DNA of 63,222 bases, filler included, from Saprolegnia diclina VS20 (taxonomy: Eukaryota): assembly GCF_000281045.1 (NCBI RefSeq). It is 8 parts of 3 records of this genome, joined end to end, with 100 filler letters (N's around TTAATTAATTAA, not from the genome) between each part and the next. Parts side by side here need not be neighbours in the genome. Positions count along the whole stretch, not along the records: positions 22,376 to 50,857 come from NW_008246122.1; positions 50,958 to 54,782 come from NW_008246122.1; positions 54,883 to 56,457 come from NW_008246122.1; positions 56,558 to 58,550 come from NW_008246123.1; positions 58,651 to 60,779 come from NW_008246123.1; 3 more parts are not named here. One strand, 5' to 3'. Position numbers and translations under genes: made by a program. Each line of letters starts with the position of its first letter. Positions within the stretch are counted from its first letter, which is position 1. This document shows, piece by piece, positions 47,047 through 59,526 of the stretch. The notes under the pieces are model-generated. The model saw only the letters and a program-made list of their open reading frames with translations, was not told where the DNA came from and did not search any database.

Positions 47047-49726
47047 ATGTGGGCGCGACTGCTCCTACTCGCTTCGCTGTGCGCGACGCTCGTCGCCGCC
47101 GACGACGCTGCGTGCAAGTACGGGTACTACGGCCCCAACCTCTCGGTCTACACGGCGGACGAGTGCTGCGGTCCGATTTTACCTGGTGGCAATGCGTCGT
47201 ACTGCGTCATCAACTCGACCAACTGCGAGATCCTCGTCAATATAACGATGGAAGGCCGCACCAAGCTGCCGCGCTTCAACGCGATCGGTGATCTCTCCCG
47301 GTCCCTCGTTGCCTACATGTATGTATCTCACTCCTCATTCCTTGGGCTGTTTGAAGCGTGCGGGTGTAGGAAGTACGGAAACAAGTCGCTCCTCGTCATG
47401 AAGGGCATGGCCTTCCCCAAGACCCTCACGACCTTGTACGTCTCGGATGCTTTGATATAACGTTGATCGCTTGTGGCTGAGTAGGACGATCGAGAACATT
47501 ACCACAATTGACTTTAACCAGATCAAGACACCCTTTCCAGACTCGATGCGCCGCATGTGAGTGCCACCGCTCGTTCTCTTGGCCAGAAGACAATATGCCA
47601 CTGACTAGTGACGTGCTCGACTCGTTCCTGGATGTCTTCCCCGCTACGTTTCACTGGCCCGTGGCGCTCAAGAACCTGTATGTTGTGCTGATATTCCTCG
47701 TACAAAGTGTCATTATTGTCCAGAACACTGCGCGGCAACCGGCTCCAGACGATCCCAAAAGGCCTTCCGGACGGTCTCGTGTCCCTGTACGAAGCGCTCG
47801 TCGAAGGTGTTGCGATCTCATGGCATTGGTTAGCGCGATACAGAACAACACGCTCAACGACTTCAACTACCTTCCGCCCAATCTCACGTTCCTGTGTGTA
47901 CAACTTGTCGTCGGTGACGTAAACTTTTACTAATTTATGTAGGAACATTCGCCATAACCAGTACGAGAAGGTCGTCGACAAAGACTGGACCAACCTCTAC
48001 TACCTGTACGACCAGAATTACTGTTTCTGTTGCACTGGAATGAACTGGGCTGCGTAGCCAACTGAGCTACAATCCAATCAAGACAATTGCCAACATTCGA
48101 CTGTCGGACAAGATTCGTTTCTTGTACAATTGTGTCCTTCCATGCGTCGACACTCTTATGCTGTACATAGCGGCTGCATGGACTGCAACGTGACCACCTT
48201 TACCATCAACCAAGCCACGTTCGACGCGCTCAACGTCCTGCCGGCTTGCGACGAAGACGACAACCCGCTCAAGTCGACTTGCTATCGCTTCAACAAGGAC
48301 ACGGCCGTCGACGTGGCAGCGTGCACTGCGAGTAGCGGCAAGCCAGTGCAGCTCTGGCCCAGCGACCCCACGGTCAAGGTCAACGTCTGCGTCACGCCCA
48401 GTACGTCCACAGCTCCATCTCCACCTATGAACCTGTGCATCTTAGACACACTTGCACCGGCGCCCGTCCCCGAAGCCACCAACCGTACGCTATTACCTTG
48501 TGTTCTCTTCAGCACTCACAGTAACGCTAGACACGGGTTTGATTGTCGGCCTCGCGGTCGGCGGTGTCGTGCTCGTTGCGCTCATTGCGGCGTTCATCGT
48601 GCGGAAGACCAAAAAGGCAGCGTACGACGCGACCGGCTACTACCAAAACGAGTTTACAAACGGCACGGCCAACGGCACGCAAGGCTCGGCCGGCGACTAC
48701 AGCGACATGGGCCTCAACGTCGAAGACCTCCGCATCCACAAGCTCGACATTGCCGACTTGAAGGTCACGGCCAAGAAGCCATTGGCGTCCGGCGCGTTTG
48801 GCGAAGTGTGGCTCGCCACCTACTGCGATGAAAAGGTCGCGGTCAAGCGCATCAAGGACCGCCGCATCGAGAGCGTCAAGAAATTCATCGACGAGATCAA
48901 GCTCATGGCCATGTACGTCGTCCTGAATACAACTGGGTGCTAATGACAAGGTGTCCACACTCTAGGATGGAAAGCGAGTTTGTCGTCAAGTTTATCGGTG
49001 TGAGCTGGCGCCGCCCAATCGAAATGGAGGTCGTCGTCGAGTACATGGACCTCGGCGATCTGCGCAACTACCTCATGAGCCGGCCGCCCGCGACGTACAG
49101 CTGGAAGGAAAAGTTTACGTCCGTCATGAGCATCGTCCGAGGTCTTGTGTATTTGCACACGTTTGAGCCGCCCATCATCCACCGCGACCTCAAGAGCCGC
49201 AACGTCCTCCTCGACTCGAAAAAGGTATTTTTTCATTTTTGGTGTTGAAACATTGATATTTTACATGGGAAATTAGGGCACCAAGTTGACCGACTTTGGC
49301 GCGTCTCGCCAAGAGGCGGACGTTGGCATGACCAACGGCATTGGCACGTACCAGTGGATGGCGCCCGAGATCATCATGGGCACCGAGTATACGATCGCCG
49401 CCGACATTTACTCGTTCGGTATGAGTTTTGAGTGAGGGTAGGGTTGTGCGACATTTTCCGTAGGTGTCATTTTGTCGGAATTCTCGACCCACGCTGTGCC
49501 GTACGGGGACGTCAAGAACGCAGTGACGGGCCGCGCGTACACGCAGCAAGCCATCATGTCCAAGGTCACGGCCGGCGAATTGCGTCCGACCTTTGAGCAG
49601 TACGAGACGCCGGTGTGGGTCCGCGACCTCGGCATGCAGTGCATGGCACTTGACCCGGACGACCGCCCGACGTCCTTGGCGCTCACTGCGATCCTCCAGC
49701 GCGTCAAGATGCAGTTTTACACGTAA
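47047..49726 (+). CDS. LRR receptor-like TKL kinase (multi-exon)
   Basis: Signal peptide MWARLLLLASLCATLVAA; 7 LRR microexons (e.g. TLRGNRLQTIPKGLPDGLVSL); TM; GAFGEVW, VAVK, HRDLKSRN, DFG, APE. Confidence 0.9.
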
Positions 49727-49872
49727 GCCACATCTGTAAGTGTAGTGCACTGTTGAAATTCATTTACTTGTATTTTCATCAATTCTCCCGAAATATTGCT
49801 TGCCTGTTCCTTTCGTCTATCTTTTGAGGTATGGATGGACATAACAAAGTATTCAAATTTCTCTCAAACGTA

Positions 49873-50857
49873 TTAGTCGATCAAGCTATCGACAAACTGA
49901 CGCACCAACACTGTGAGCTCCAATGTGGTCGGGCGCAGACTCGGGTCCCACGCCAAGCAGCGGACACCGACTTCGTGGACCCAGCGCGGCGACGTCGCAT
50001 CAAAGTCCGGTCGCAGGTCGCCGCTCGCGATTTTGGTCAAGAGACTCTGCGCACTCTGCGACGCAAAGTATCGCTGGGTGTACGGCACCTCGTGTGTACT
50101 CATCTCGGACACAATCACTCCTACCCCCATCCCGCTGAGTCATGAAATCTCGAACAAAGAGCAACGCACCAAACGAGTAAATGTCGGCGGCCTCACTGTA
50201 CGACGAGCCGTTGATGACTTCGGGCGCCATCCACTGGAACGTGCCGATACCCGAAGTCAGCGTGCGCGCGTCGCAGAGCTCGCGCGAGACGCCAAAATCG
50301 GTCAACTTGGCGCCGCATGTCTCGTCCAACAAGACGTTGCGGGACTTGAGGTCGCGGTGGATCACGACAGGGCTGAACGTATGGAGAAACACGAGGCCGT
50401 ACACGATGCTCTGCAGCAGCAGCGCCTTCTCCGCCCACGGGATCGCGTCTCGACTGGAAATCGCGAGGTAGCTCCGGAGGTCGCCCGCTTGCATGTGCTC
50501 CAGTACCGCTTCGATGTCGAGGAGCCGGCGCCACGTCACGCCGACAAGCGTCACAATGTATGGGCTCTGGAGCCTATCATGTCAAGTCGTGTAAGATATA
50601 AGAAGACAAAAGACGTTGTACTTGGCGAGAAGCAGAATCTCTTGGATGAAGGCGTGGATGGCTTCGGGTCGGCGGTCTTTGTTGCGCTTGATGACCACGG
50701 TGGCGTTGGTGGCGAGGTACGTGGCGCGCCACACGTCGCCAAACGCGCCAGATGCGATCGGCTTGGCGTCCGACACCACGAGGCTTGACGCGTCGAGCTG
50801 CAGCATCTGGAGCGTCTCGAGCTCTTTGGCCGACAGCGACGAGACGAGGTAGTCGTC
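49873..50857 (-). CDS. TKL kinase domain of another family member, 5' part lost in gap
   Basis: GAFGDVW, VVIK, HRDLKSRN, DFG, APE with two of the family's intron positions. Confidence 0.85.
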
Positions 50858-50957
50858 NNNNNNNNNNNNNNNNNNNNNNNNNNNNNNNNNNNNNNNNNNN
50901 NTTAATTAATTAANNNNNNNNNNNNNNNNNNNNNNNNNNNNNNNNNNNNNNNNNNNN

Positions 50958-51705
50958 CCCTCTCATTCTTGCATCGTGTACGTATTTCTTAGGATGTTTC
51001 GAAATATCAACCTCGCCAAGATTCCACAAAGCTTACCGTCGACGATCCAGCAACTGCACGTCACGCACCGTGTATCCGAGATCTTATTGAGGGACTAGGG
51101 CGATTCAGGACAACATGCTTGTGGACCTCACGTACCTTCCGACCAACCTCACGCACCTTCTAGCACGGTTGCCAACTGGTCGACTCTCACGCTCGTCAAG
51201 ATGAAGCTGCCACCGACGCTCACACACGACGGTGCCAGTCTGCGGCGTCCGACCCAACTGCAAGGTCTTCGACTCGTTCTCGTCCGACTGGAGCAGCTAC
51301 GTGCGGTTTGACGCGATTGGCGATCTCAGCGGCTACACTCAACCCAACCTGTACGACGACACTCTTCTATCTGCATGCTAACGCACCTTCTAGCACGGTT
51401 GCCAACTGGTCGACTCTCACGCTCGCCAAGATGAAGCTGCCACCGACGCTCACAAAATTGTACGTCCCTATGCCTCCTTCTTTTCCCACAAAGCCAATGG
51501 GATCATGGGGCAGGACACTCTCAAACATTTCAAAAGTCGACCTCAGCGCCATTCAAGCAACACAGTGGAGCGCGCTCACGGACCTGTACGTAAGCCTCAA
51601 TGTCGTCGGTATCTCAACGCACGCACCGCTAGTACGTTCGACCTGTCGCCGGTTCTCCTCACCAGCAGCGTCAAGTGGCCGCCGTCGCTGGCATCATTGT
51701 TCGTA
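50958..51705 (+). other. Scrambled duplicate and continuation of the LRR ectodomain at 55827-56457 (probable assembly artefact)
   Basis: 51226-51705 is near-identical to 55938-56417; 50958-50991 overlaps 56424-56457 and continues with the next LRR exons; bounded by gaps. Confidence 0.75.
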
Positions 51706-51805
51706 NNNNNNNNNNNNNNNNNNNNNNNNNNNNNNNNNNNNNNNNNNNNNNNNNNNNNNNNNNNNNNNNNNNNNNNNNNNNNNNNNNNNNNNNNNNNNNN
51801 NNNNN

Positions 51806-52020
51806 GCCCGGTCGTCGGCTGCGTCGGGCGGTGAGGACCCGGCCTGGCTGTCGCTTGGCGGCGAGGATGACGCATGGCTCTCGCCTGGTGGCGAGGTCGT
51901 TGCTTCGCTCTCGCTTGGAAGCAGTGGCGCTAGCGCGCAGCTAATCCCGTCGTCTTGCAGCAAAGGCCCGTCAAGAAGGTCGAGGAGATTGGCAAAGTCC
52001 GCGCTGTCGTCCAAGTCCAT
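51806..52020 (-). CDS. 5' fragment of an unknown protein
   Basis: MDLDDSADFANLLDLLDG plus an S/P-rich stretch running into a gap. Confidence 0.45.
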
Positions 52021-52712
52021 CGCGGAGGTGCTAGTCGGTATTAGTTTCGGCAGATGCCACATCTAAATCAATTGTGCCGATGCTAAAAACACTCAACCTA
52101 GTAGGCTGGATAGTCTCGCAAGAGGACTGCCGAGTCGCTGGAGCCCATTGACGGTTGAGACTTCAACTTGAATACACTTTCTTTCCCTCCGTCGGCAACG
52201 ACTCTTAAAGCATCGAAGGGGTCACGCGTCATTAACACCATCCACGTTGCAGTCATTTGTTACCACCGACACCCTAAACCCTGCCATAAACCAAGGAAAT
52301 TCACCAGTGTTTTAGTCCCTAGCGACAATCGTAGCATGCATGTACCGGTACAACCCTGCGTACGAGCGTTCGACTCCATAACGCTACTGGGTCCCACCAT
52401 TCAGCAATTATCGTTCCCGCTTCTCGATGATTTGAATATCACAGGGCTCGGGTTGGTGTTCATCAGCAAAGCACATTGCAGGGGGTGTTTGCAGCCGGCT
52501 GCTCAATGCGATCGAAGGCGTCGACGGCAGCTTAGTTTGAGCTCTTTTCCATATTGTATTCTTCCACTCTTCTGATGCTCTGTTGTTCTGGCTCGCGAGA
52601 CCCGTGCAACCGCTTTGTGACATCCCGTGTTACTAAACCCAAACTCACGGTTGCGTTTTGCACACGATTGTCAACCGTCGATTCCAAGCCTTCTACCATT
52701 TTCATTTCGAAA

Positions 52713-54782
52713 ATGCGCTGCCTCCCCGCGCTCCTGCTCTATGCTGTCGTGGCGTCTGTGATGGGCGCCTGCCCGTACTCGGATCTATCCTTGGTCAGTG
52801 ATGACGAAGTCTTGGTCGCTGACGCCTCGTGTCCTAACAAGACGTCGTGCACTGTCGGTCCCACGTGCAAGCTGCGACGATGGAGCGCGGGCGACGATAA
52901 ATTCGCCAACACAGACGCAATTGGTGACATGAGTCGCTACGACTATCCGAATCTGTACGATGGTTTTGATGTTGCAATTCTCATTCGCGTTTATATGTTA
53001 GTGTGATCTTCGACTCGCCACGAGTGACGCTTCTCAAGATGCAGCTGCCCGCTACTGTCACTTCCCTGTCCGTACATCCAACGCTGCCATTTGTCATTTT
53101 CACACTTGGAGTTAGGACCTTCGGCACGATCGTGTCGGTCGCAGACGTGGACAAGATTCAGGAGACGCAATGGAGCTCTGTCCTCGGACTGTGCGTTTAC
53201 ACGTTGTCTACTGTGGTTCAAAATTGGGTTAGCGAATTCCAGCACTCCAAGCTGACGCACAGCAACACCATCAATTGGCCGCGTTCGCTCCACAACATGT
53301 ATGTAGTCGTCTCCTCTTTTATAGCACGGGCTCATAATAAGCGACACAGTTCGCTCGTCTATAGCGGCTTCATCAACATTCCCCAAAACTTTCCGCCCAC
53401 CCTCAGAGCATTGTTGTACAAACCCGTGCCTATCGCTCTAAAATGTATCTAGGCGGATCGAAGGAAGCAACCTCACCGACCTCCAATACCTCCCGTCGAG
53501 CGTCACCTCTCTGTACGCCCACCGATTCCTAGTCCGGATCACGCACAGACGTCGTAGCAACGTCGCATGGAACCAGCTCTCGTCCATCACAAACTATGAT
53601 TGGGAGGCATTTACCCTCCTGTAGAGCTATTCCGTGTACACAAGTGTCATGCGTTTTCACTTGTAGGCGCTTCTCGAACAATTCCAAGCTGCAGTCGATT
53701 TCGCGCATTCAGTTGTCAAGCAAGCTCGAATACTTGTCCGTGTTGTCCAACGTTTATATGTATTGACTATTGTCATGACTAGCAACATTGCTGGCTGCAC
53801 CAGCTTGAACAACATTACGGTCGACGCGAGTTCATTTGCGGCGCTTGACGCGCTACAACCCGCGGCGGGGGACGCCGACGTGAAAAAAATCTTCAAGGGG
53901 TATGTCGCCGACGTACCAGTCTCGACGAGCGCCACTGGCTGCGCGGCCATTGGTGGTGAGATCAAGCGTCTCTGGCAGACCACGAACACGGCCATAATCA
54001 ACGTCTGCGTCTTGTCTACCGCTTCGAACAGCTCATCGTCGTCGTCCAGTAAGACCTTGTTGTCGGTGCTTGTCTCTGTGACTACTGGGTAGAGATGGGC
54101 TTGATCATCGGTGTCGCCGTCGGCGGTGTCGTCCTTATTGGCGCCATCGTCGCCTTTGTCATCTGCAAGCGCCGTAAAGCAAAGCACCAACCTTCCCCCG
54201 TCTACAACCGCTACGAGCCATCGAATACAAACGGCATCAGCTTGGCCACGGCAGGTCGGACGCTTGGTACGAATGGCACCAAGACCATTGGTACCAACGG
54301 CACGGGTGGACCCACTGCCGGCACCACGGGTTCGCGCCGCCCCATCATCAACCCGGACGTCGACGTCATCTTGGATGTCAAGCCGCTCCTCCATCACCGG
54401 CTAGAGCTTCGCGACTTGGACGTGACGTCCAACAAACCACTGGCGTCCGGTGCGTTTGGCGAAGTCTGGCTCGGCACGTACGGCGGCAAGCAAGTCGCGG
54501 TCAAGCGCATGAAGAACCAAGACGCACGCATGGCCCAGAAGTTCATCGAAGAGATTGTCCTCATGTCCCAGTACGTTCACTTCTCTGTACTGATGATGCA
54601 GTGGCTGACTGCTCGTTTTAGGATGAGCAGCGACTACATTGTCAAGCTCGTCGGTGCCAGTTGGACCCGCCCGATCGAGATCGAGTGCGTCGTCGAGTTC
54701 ATGGACCTCGGCGACCTTCGCAGTTACCTCGTGAACCAGTCGCCGGCGCAGTTCAGCTGGGACCAAAAGCTCAACTGCATCA
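52713..54782 (+). CDS. LRR receptor-like TKL kinase, 3' end lost in gap
   Basis: Signal peptide MRCLPALLLYAVVASVMG, CPY N-cap, LRR microexons, TM, GAFGEVW and VAVK; kinase very similar to the 41 kb and 43 kb copies. Confidence 0.88.
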
Positions 54783-55826
54783 NNNNNNNNNNNNNNNNNN
54801 NNNNNNNNNNNNNNNNNNNNNNNNNNTTAATTAATTAANNNNNNNNNNNNNNNNNNNNNNNNNNNNNNNNNNNNNNNNNNNNCAAGTGCCAAGTTTAAGC
54901 AGCGTCCGCCGCGATTTGCATATCCTCGATTTAGTTGTGATTTGTGAGCTTAGTATGCACTTGAAAGAACTTTTATTTGTGCCACCACACCCGAGGAAGG
55001 ATTCCGCCCGACAACCTTTAACGGACGTCAACGCCCTTACATTCCAACATAGCGCACTCGCAGTTTGCCAAAGCGACGCAAAACACATGTCTGACACCGC
55101 ATGTCTGGTGCAACCTGCGCCATGCAATGTACGACGAGGAAGATTTGGAGCTTGATTGGTTGCACGTTGGCCAATCACAATGGCGGAGCCTACAAGCAAT
55201 GAGCCACTGGTGCAGAGGAATGAGCTGAGCGTTGTTCTTGAAATGAGGTATATACATGTACATGTATTAACGTTACTACGCAAGAATAAAGTTGAAGATA
55301 CGGAATTTTTTAGCACACCATGACTCATCGCGAAGTGCATCAAGCAAAGCGCCAAGCGATGGGGCGGCGCAATGGATCACATGCCGGACATGCAATCGCG
55401 GGACAGTAGCTGCGCGCAGCAGCGGAATACTTCGTCAGCATGGAAGACTCTTGGAATGAGTGCGCGTTCTCTGTCGACTGTCGTATTTTTGTGTCGATTT
55501 GTCCATCAAGCCATGTACGTTCAGAATACACCGGTACGCTTGCTTGGTCGGGAAATTTCCTCGGCTGTCCAGTTCCACATCCATTATTCCTACTGCACTG
55601 TAGCTCCTAGTGCAACAAAAGAGCCAAAGGCCTTGTTGTCGTGGAGCCTGTGGACGATGACATTCAGGAAGCGACACCAATATTTGTACATCACTATATT
55701 GTCAAATAGCAACCCGATCGACGTGCATACGCTATTGGGAGCGATCAAGTTTTGCTGAATTTTGCACTGGATTGTTAAAAGGTGATCTCCTTCGCGCCCA
55801 TCTTTTGTTGCATTTCGACTTTTTCC

Positions 55827-56457
55827 ATGCGCTTGCTGCTGGTGCTTGCGATCGTCGAGCGCGCGCTCGGTAGCTGCGCGTACGCCGACTTGTCGTTGGC
55901 GGCGAACGCGTCCATTTTGGTCGCCGATGCCTCATGCACGACGGTGCCAGTCTGCGGCGTCCGACCCAACTGCAAGGTCTACGACTCGTTCTCGTCCGAT
56001 TGGAGCAGCTACGTGCGGTTTGACGCGATTGGCGATCTCAGCGGCTACACTCAACCCAACCTGTACGACGACACTCTTCTATCTCCATGCTAACGCACCT
56101 TCTAGCACGGTTGCCAACTGGTCGACTCTCACGCTCGTCAAGATGAAGCTGCCACCGACGCTCACAAAATTGTACGTCCCTATACCTCCTTCTTTTCCCA
56201 CAAAGCCAATGGGATCAAGGGGCAGGACACTCTCAAACATTTCAAAAGTCGACCTCAGCGCCATTCAAGCAACACAGTGGAGCGCGCTCACGGACCTGTA
56301 CGTAAGCCTCGATGTCGTCGGTATCTCAACGCACGCACCGCTAGTACGTTTGATCTGTCGCCGGTTGTCCTCACCAGCAGCGTCAAGTGGCCGCCGTCGC
56401 TGGCATCATTGTTCGTACCACCTCCCTCTCATTCTTGCATCGTGTACGTATTTCTTA
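55827..56457 (+). CDS. LRR receptor family member, 5' exons only (gap)
   Basis: Signal peptide MRLLLVLAIVERALG, CAY N-cap, first three LRR microexons. Confidence 0.8.
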
Positions 56458-56557
56458 NNNNNNNNNNNNNNNNNNNNNNNNNNNNNNNNNNNNNNNNNNN
56501 NTTAATTAATTAANNNNNNNNNNNNNNNNNNNNNNNNNNNNNNNNNNNNNNNNNNNN

Positions 56558-57441
56558 CCAAAGAGGACGCAGCCGTGGTCCTTGGTGTACTTGGCGACCC
56601 ACGCGTCGACGACCGCGGGGTCGGACGTCGGCGCAGGCGTCGGGCCCGAAGTCGGCGTGTCCGTCGGACCGTCGGTGGGTTCGTCCGTTGGCACGGGCGT
56701 CGGTGCCTTTGTCGGAATAAAGTCATAAATGTACGACGTCTTGCCCGTGCATGTGTCGAGCGCCTTGATCGCGGGCGGGCACGTCACGGGCAAAAGCGGT
56801 GCAATCTCCTGGTCGTCATGCGCTTGCTGGTAGATGAGTGGCTTGGACTTGGTCCAGCACGTAATGACGTCGGCGAACGCGCCATTGGTGCAGAGGAGGA
56901 CCACATCGAGCTTCTGTTCCTTCTTAAACGCATCCCGGATCGCCTTTGTCGAGATGTTTTTGCCAATGCTGTTGGGAAGGAGCGCCGGCGTCTTGATAAA
57001 CTTGGCGACTTGCACCACGGTCTTGAGGTACGCAGCTTCGTGGAGGCCGCCGCAGGGATACCCAAAGCTCGTGACGTCCATGATCGGGTCGGTTGCGTTC
57101 GGGTCCCACATGTGGTCCAGGTCCCGCGTCATTGTGAGCGGGAAATATTGGACCAAGTTGTCGCGCCCGGCCGCTCGGATGGCGTCGGGGCTAAAGAGGT
57201 TGATGGGCGCGTCGCAGCGTGGAATGGTCCAGTCCTTGTTGCGCGGTACGAGGCCGGACGAGACAAGGTTGCGCTTGAGAAACTCGGTCGGGTGCGAGCA
57301 GAGACGCTCGCAAAAGCACTGGCAGTGCTCGGGCGTCCACGTCGACGTGTGCACCCAGTAGTCTTGGACGCCCCAGTTGGCAATGGTCTCAGCCTGCACG
57401 AACGCGGCACTCGCCACCACCGCAAGCGCCAAGGCAATCAT
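56558..57441 (-). CDS. Secreted RNase T2-fold protein lacking catalytic histidines, with P/T linker; C-terminus in gap
   Basis: Signal peptide; DYWVHTSTWTPEHC, NLVSSGLVP (cf. TIHGLWP), LVQYFP, YPCGGLHEAAYL (cf. HEWxKHGTCSGL), IRDAF, VVLLC..ITCW. Confidence 0.72.
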
Positions 57442-58352
57442 GGATACGTGGCTGGAAACAGCAAATAGAATTGTGAAAGCGCTTGGCGATCAACTCCGAT
57501 CTGAGTCGGGCACGGCACGATCTGAGTCCCGGGCATTTGCGGTTCGTGGAATCTGACTTGGTGGCAGATGCAAAGAAGGAACGGCCGAGTAGCGCGAGGT
57601 TCGAGACTGTCTGCATCAGATATCGCCGCTAGCATCGTTTTTTCTCTTTAGCGAGAACAATGGGTGTCATAGTGTGGGCGTATGACGGCCATTGGGTGCG
57701 CTTTTGACGTGGTGTGGACATGCCACCCCACAATCGATAGCGTACCGAGACGGGACAGCCGTAGGTTGTGGATGACATATGGTCAACGCCTGTGGCCTTC
57801 GGTACCAAGACAATCGAAGCGTTCGGAGCGTTCGATTTGCATTGCCCTATGGAGCCTGCTGGCTCTTTCCTCCAACGAAAATGAGCACTGTGTTCGCATT
57901 GTGCGGGCTAGGGCTAGGCTAGGGAGGGCTTTGGTCCTGTGAAAGAGATACATGCCAGTGTTGGGATGATTTTATCAAGCTTGAAATCTAGCACGATATT
58001 TACAACAATTTATTGTGACGAATTATGCCGAACAACCGTGGCCACTCCTCAGAGCCGTTTCCTGCTCGACGACGCGTGCATTGCGTCCATCGAGGCAGTT
58101 TTGGAACGGTCTGGAGCGCTTCGAAAGTCACCATATGCTCTCGGAGGCGACTTGCATCCACTTACATCTGAATTGCGATAGACAATAATGCCATTGGAAT
58201 CGCAATGTTGTTGCAGAAACCATAACCCAGATGCATGCACCAGTACTGGTCATTCGGCATAGTGCTCAAAGTTTGACGTTCGTCATCCATCAATCGCTAG
58301 TGGTGAGTAGCTAGCAATACCGGTAATCGCATCGCAGACTACAGTGCACGAG

Positions 58353-58550
58353 TTAAAACCACCACGAGCCCGATCCCGAGTCCGATGGCACATCCTCCGA
58401 CGTTGGTGCCGGTGTCGGGGCCTTGGTGGGCGCCTTGGTTGGAGCTTTGGTTGGAGCTTTCGTGGGCGCCTTAGTCGGCGTTGGTGTTGGCGCTGGCGTC
58501 CGCTTGGTGCAGCCCGCGGCCGACAGAAGTGCGTCGAGCTGACCCTTGTC
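58353..58550 (-). CDS. 3' end of a protein with a (PTKA)n mucin-like tail
   Basis: Hand translation DKGQLDALLSAAGCTKRTPAPTPTPTKAPTKAPTKAPTKAPTKAPTPAPTSEDVPSDSGSGSWWF*; not shown in the ORF track in this frame. Confidence 0.7.
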   Translation of the reverse strand, partial: DKGQLDALLSAAGCTKRTPAPTPTPTKAPTKAPTKAPTKAPTKAPTPAPTSEDVPSDSGSGSWWF

Positions 58551-59526
58551 NNNNNNNNNNNNNNNNNNNNNNNNNNNNNNNNNNNNNNNNNNNNTTAATT
58601 AATTAANNNNNNNNNNNNNNNNNNNNNNNNNNNNNNNNNNNNNNNNNNNNGGCCGACGGGTCCGCAGCATCGCATGCCTTTGTCAAAGCTCTTTGCCAAG
58701 AGCCCACGAATAAAATTCTTAGTGGGCTCACACACGATAATAGAACGTGGAGTACCAACTACAATTCTACTGAGTCCAACGAATGTGCTATTTCTACGGT
58801 CGTTCCAGCCGGCAGGCGTCTGCGCCTTTGTTGTCTCGAGACGCGCTGCCTTGCGCGCTTGTCTGGACCGCACCGCGAGGCATGTTATAACGATCCGTTA
58901 ACTGTCGGCGCCATCGCGTCAAGATCGGACACTCGCTCCATGCCTCGCTTTGCTACGTGCCGACGCGGCGACATTGGCGTCCAAGTATGGGGCCGGGACC
59001 GAAAAAAAGACATCTTGTGGTTTGTATGGACCCTCTCAGGCCCAGCAGGCCATGCTCGGCTTTGGTGACAGGCGCATTAGCGTCACTTGTAAATCGTATA
59101 CAGGGTCTGCGTGAGCACAGGCGCAGCAGAAACCATCCGTGTCATCAGAATCGGTTCGAGTAAGGAAAAAAGTTGAAGGCGCACGACATACCTTGGGCGC
59201 TCGCCGCTTCGGGGCCAGAAGAGACTGCGAGTGCGCAGAGCCCAGCGCATTTTATTCTTATAGGCCTCGACGAGACCTTTCTAGCTTCCCTGCGCGCCGT
59301 GTTGGCGCTGCTCTCCGTGGTCGAACGCCGGCATGCCATCTGTGTCCAGATGGCCTGTCCAGATGGTACCACCCAACGGCATCCACCACCGTGTGGCAGC
59401 ACTGCTATGTAGCGATGGCTTCTAACACAACCAGCTTGGTGTGCACGGGAATTTGTTGAGTTTGCTTGTCTTTTGGTTTCGAGGGCTTGGCGCAGTCGGA
59501 TCCTCACTTTTCGATTTACCTCTGCG

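Noticed and set aside
50958..51705. Rearranged LRR exons suggesting somatic shuffling or a donor cassette
   Set aside because: Short gap-bounded contig that overlaps the end of the 56.4 kb contig and joins at short shared words; best explained as a haplotype or assembly artefact unless long reads confirm it.
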